Assembly: GCA_002633005.1 (NCBI GenBank) | Contig: NMRA01000727.1 | Location: 36,464 to 100,463, forward strand | Length of the DNA stretch: 64,000 nucleotides | From: Phoronis australis | Lineage: Eukaryota > Animalia > Phoronida | Direction of reading: 5' to 3' | In this document: one piece after another, positions 60,190 through 64,000 of the stretch | Numbering within the stretch: the first letter of the stretch is position 1 | How the letters are laid out: every line of letters starts with the position of its first letter | The notes under the pieces: model-generated | Database searches by the model: none | Seen by the model: only the letters and a program-made list of their open reading frames with translations | Told to the model about the DNA's origin: nothing | Program-made: the position numbers and the translations under genes

Positions 60190-62100
60190 GATTATGGACA
60201 ATAATATTGGTGGTGCAATCAGAATAATGTTTTATTTCAAAGTTTTCATTGGTTTGGGAAGACTGAAAGAAAGTACTATCGTTGATAGTTACACATTTAT
60301 GATTTTACATCAGTACATTGTGTATTGCCAATAGGTTTGTCAGTTTGGTATGTATTGTCGATATTGGCTTTAACTAAATAATTTTTACATTTTCTCCAAG
60401 AAATTATAGGTGGATGAGTAAATAGGTTTTTCATTTGAGGGGAAATATGCAGCGTGGAAAGATGTTTTCTGAAGACGTGGCAAATTCCGTTTAAACATGG
60501 ATTGAACATAGTTATGAAAGGTATTGTATTAGTAGCATTGTTTTTTGTTTTAGTTCTTAAAGATTCTATTTTTGTGATTGAGCGGACTTTGTCAAACTGT
60601 TTGTGTAGGCCTATAAGATGTAAGAGGAAATGACGTTGAACTAGATAGTACTTGAGTTCTTTTAAGTTCTTTTAAACGGTTATTAAAGGAAGTTTCTTCT
60701 GAAAAAAATGCGTCGACTTCTTAGGGCAAGGCTATATGGAAGGCTTTTCTTGCAACGAAAGGGTTGACACGAGTGATATGAAAGATATTGGTGTTTGTCA
60801 GTTTCTTTACAGAATAAGCCAGTTTCTAGTTTATCATTACTAAGGATTTCAGTAAAATCTAAAAATGAGACTTTATTTTGAGAATTGTCATGAGTGAACT
60901 TCATTGTAGGGTTAAATTTGTTAATATTTTCTAATACATGTAATTTTTGTGGGCCATGGGTCCATATCATAAAAATGTCATCAACGTACCTTAGCCAGAG
61001 AAGGGGGTTTTCAGAGCAGGATTTGATGAAGTTGTTTTCAAGATTTCCCATAAAAAGGTTGGCTAAAGTAGGAGCAACCCTAGTGCCCATAGCTGTGCTT
61101 AATATTTGGAGATAGTGATCATTATCAAAGGTAAAATGATTCATGGTAAGTACATGTTCAAGAAGAGAGCGAATAAAAGATGTAGGCACATTAGGATTAT
61201 TACGTTGACTAAAAAACTTGGTACAGGCTTCTACATGTATGCCTTCATGTTGAGGAATATTAGTGTATAAACTTTTAACATCAGGAGTTACTAGAAGGGC
61301 ATTTTTAGGTAAATCACTGATGTTTTTATTATATTAAGAAAATGATTCGTATCTTTAACATATGAAGGAAGGGTGGGGGCAAATTGCTGAAGATGGTACT
61401 CGGAAAACAGATTTTTTCAGTAGGGCAGTTGTTGCTGGCTATTATTGGGCGTCCAGGATTACCTTCTTTGTGGATTTTAGGAAGGAGATAAAAGCGACTG
61501 AGCATCATTAGGAATGAGGTAGTTTTTGGTGTTTTTGTCAATGTGACTTAAATGGAAAGCATTCAAAATAGTTTTAGTTATAAGGCTGATATGTTTTGTG
61601 TTGGGCTTATCTAAAAGTTTGTAGTATGTTGTTTCATTAAGTTGTCGGAGAGCCTCGTCAATATCGTATTTCTGCATGTCCATTATAACAACTGCTGATC
61701 CCTTATCAGCTGGTTTAATTATGATTTCTTTGTTTTTAGCGAGATTTGTGAGGGCATCTTTTTCGGACTATTAGTAATATTATACATATATGTATTTGTA
61801 GTTATGCTTTTTGTAATTCATGACGTCATTAGTAATAGCTTCAAAGTAACATTCGAGGGCATGGTCTTGACTTTTAGGTGGATTCCAACTACTTTTTTTC
61901 TTGAAATGATTAATTTCTAAGGGTGAGTTCTCATTTTCATCTTTGGTGAGATTGTCAAAATATGCTGTCAATCTATGACGTCTAGCGAAGATATAAATAT
62001 CAATGAGTAATTCATCTTTGTCAATTTAATGCAACTCCTCTCATAGTTTGACATTTTTTCGTTCAAGGTTGGAACGTATTTCCTTTAGACTAAGACTTGT
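60190..62100 (-). mobile_element. Decayed Penelope-like retroelement (RT pseudogene)
   Basis: Frameshifted RT motifs in order: [84 protein letters not shown]. The GIY-YIG part is degraded or absent. Confidence 0.9.
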
Positions 62101-63529
62101 TAAGTTGATAATATAACATTTGACAAGCCACAGTCGTAACGGAATGGGACATTGGAACTGTCTCCCGCTAGGGGATCGGGCTCAGAACCTAAAGTGCTGA
62201 CGGAAGGCAATAACTGAGTTTCTAGAGAAAATTGGACACTGAAAGTTGTTTTGATTTAGGCTAAGATCAGTTAAACTGATCACATTGCTTGCAGACAAGT
62301 CGTAGTTCCATTTCGTTTTCGTTAAAACTTGTACAAAATACATTCGGCTTTATGAAAACCATGCCCGTGCAAATGCAACCCCCACCGGGATTTGGGGTTC
62401 GCCTTACTTAGCAAGCTAACTTGACTTACCCTGCATCTGTAGTTTTTCAGTTTCATGTACCTCCGAAATGCTCTTTTACTAAAATGTTTTTCTCTGTAGA
62501 CGAATATTTGCCAGCTGTAACCACTGAAGTTCTCTAGAAAGGTACGATTAAGTATTGTCGACAGCTTTGAGGTCAGCTCAAATAAAGAAAGTGCGTGCGA
62601 CGGTAGGGGATCTTTTCTGCACGCACGCGCGTTATATGAACCCTGCACACGTTCATTATGTCAACCCAGTAAGTAAACAGCAGTCTGATACACAGCGATC
62701 AGGTGGGTCGCACTCTGATATCTCCCAGAAGGGCAAATTTGCTGGCAACTATCGTGAATAATTCCGAATGCAACAAGAAGCCATTATAGAAGATGCAGCG
62801 TAAAACAAGATGGACAGCCGGGCACGACAAAGTGCTTTTCGCCATATACATCGGCCATCATGTTTTAACATTTTGAAAGCCTTTTAACTCATTGCCCACA
62901 AACACTATATGACGAGAATACACAGAATTTGCGGACAATGATTTGCAAACTTCAAACATTAAGCGAGTTCACTATTATCGGCAATCCCCACCTTTGATTT
63001 TAATTTCACTTCAGTTTACAGTCTCAATATCTAAATGACCGTATTTTGTTTGATTTAATTAGCAAGCTGCTTCATTACACATACACAGTTTGACGAAATT
63101 TCGTTTCAATTCCCTTAATTTTTGTTGCTATATTCTGCATTGCATAGCTCACAAACGACGAATACAATGGAGAGAGTTTTCCATTTTGTCTTGCTCGACT
63201 GTCAATGGCGTCAATGAATATTTCACGTACATTTACTAGCTTAGATTTAAAAATAGTCATTTTGGCACCACAGTCAGTGGCAGATCTAGGATATCATAAG
63301 GGGGGGCAAGCGTTTTGTCTGAAAACATTTGTGCAAAGCACGATTAGATGCACATAGCACCGAATGGGTGAAAGTCGGGAGGGGGGTTCGCCCAGGAATT
63401 TTTTTCTGTTTTTTTCCTCTAAATATCAAGCATTTTCCTTGATTCCTGAAGTATTGTCCAAGAAAAAAAGGCAAAGAAAAAGAAAAAAGCAAACGGAGAA
63501 CGTGTCAAAACATGAAAATCTGCAATTAT

Positions 63530-63592
63530 CACAAACTCGAACTCACGACCTGGCGGATAGAGCGCGCGTGCTTTGCCACTGCACCACCACGA
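63530..63592 (-). mobile_element. tRNA-derived SINE head
   Basis: Minus strand: A-box tggtgcagtgg and B-box gagttcgag about 35 nt apart; no complete cloverleaf. Confidence 0.55.
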
Positions 63593-64000
63593 TTCCACAC
63601 ATAATTTGATAAGAGACCTACTTCTTTATGGTGCACAGCGTTTGGGCGCGAAACCTACTTCTTTTTGTAATGCTTATTACACTTTTTTATATTTTGTGCA
63701 ATCAGTTCGTAACAAATTTGTTGTATTTAAAATAGTCTTCAATTGCCCAAAAGACCAAATCCGTGTTTTGTGTTGGCATTAATGACGCGATTGCTTTGGA
63801 AATCGTTTGACAAAGAGAGAATTATGAGTTTCTGGAAACGGAGTGCGCAGGGCCACTGCCGGTCACCTGGGATAATGCGGGAGAGCCTATACTAAGCCAT
63901 AGTTTCGTTACGATTGAGCCGTGTTCCGAATTTGACACTTGAAATTGGATCTGAGCCCCCCCCCCCCCCCCCCCCAAACACACTAAAACTGCACACATTT

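Noticed and set aside
63530-63592. tRNA gene
   Set aside because: A and B boxes are present but there is no acceptor or anticodon stem pairing; better explained as a SINE head.

Overview
Eukaryotic (invertebrate-type, AT-rich) genomic DNA with two spliced protein-coding genes arranged head-to-head. I reconstructed both by hand from GT-AG junctions with consistent intron phases. (1) Minus strand, about 27,047 to 338: a 12-exon secreted protein of about 435 aa with a signal peptide, three ShK (ShKT) domains, two non-canonical C-type lectin domains and a basic tail; the last two exons are tentative. (2) Plus strand, 34,129-57,655: a 14-coding-exon RACGAP1/CYK-4/MgcRacGAP orthologue of about 655 aa (coiled coil, C1 zinc finger, RhoGAP, C-terminal FFSSPTLK). 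Introns and intergenic DNA are dense with DNA transposon relics that have readable TIRs and TSDs: three Kolobok-like elements (two with THAP remnants), a Sola3-like element, CAGGGC-ended hAT-like elements with 5- and 6-bp TSDs, PIF/Harbinger MITEs and a Helentron-associated (HINE/DINE-1-like) element carrying a phased array of CTCF-like motifs. There is also a decayed Penelope-like retroelement, a tRNA-derived SINE head and several minisatellites. No prokaryotic systems or CRISPR arrays. The species cannot be determined from the sequence alone, and transposon superfamily calls rest on motif recall, not database searches.
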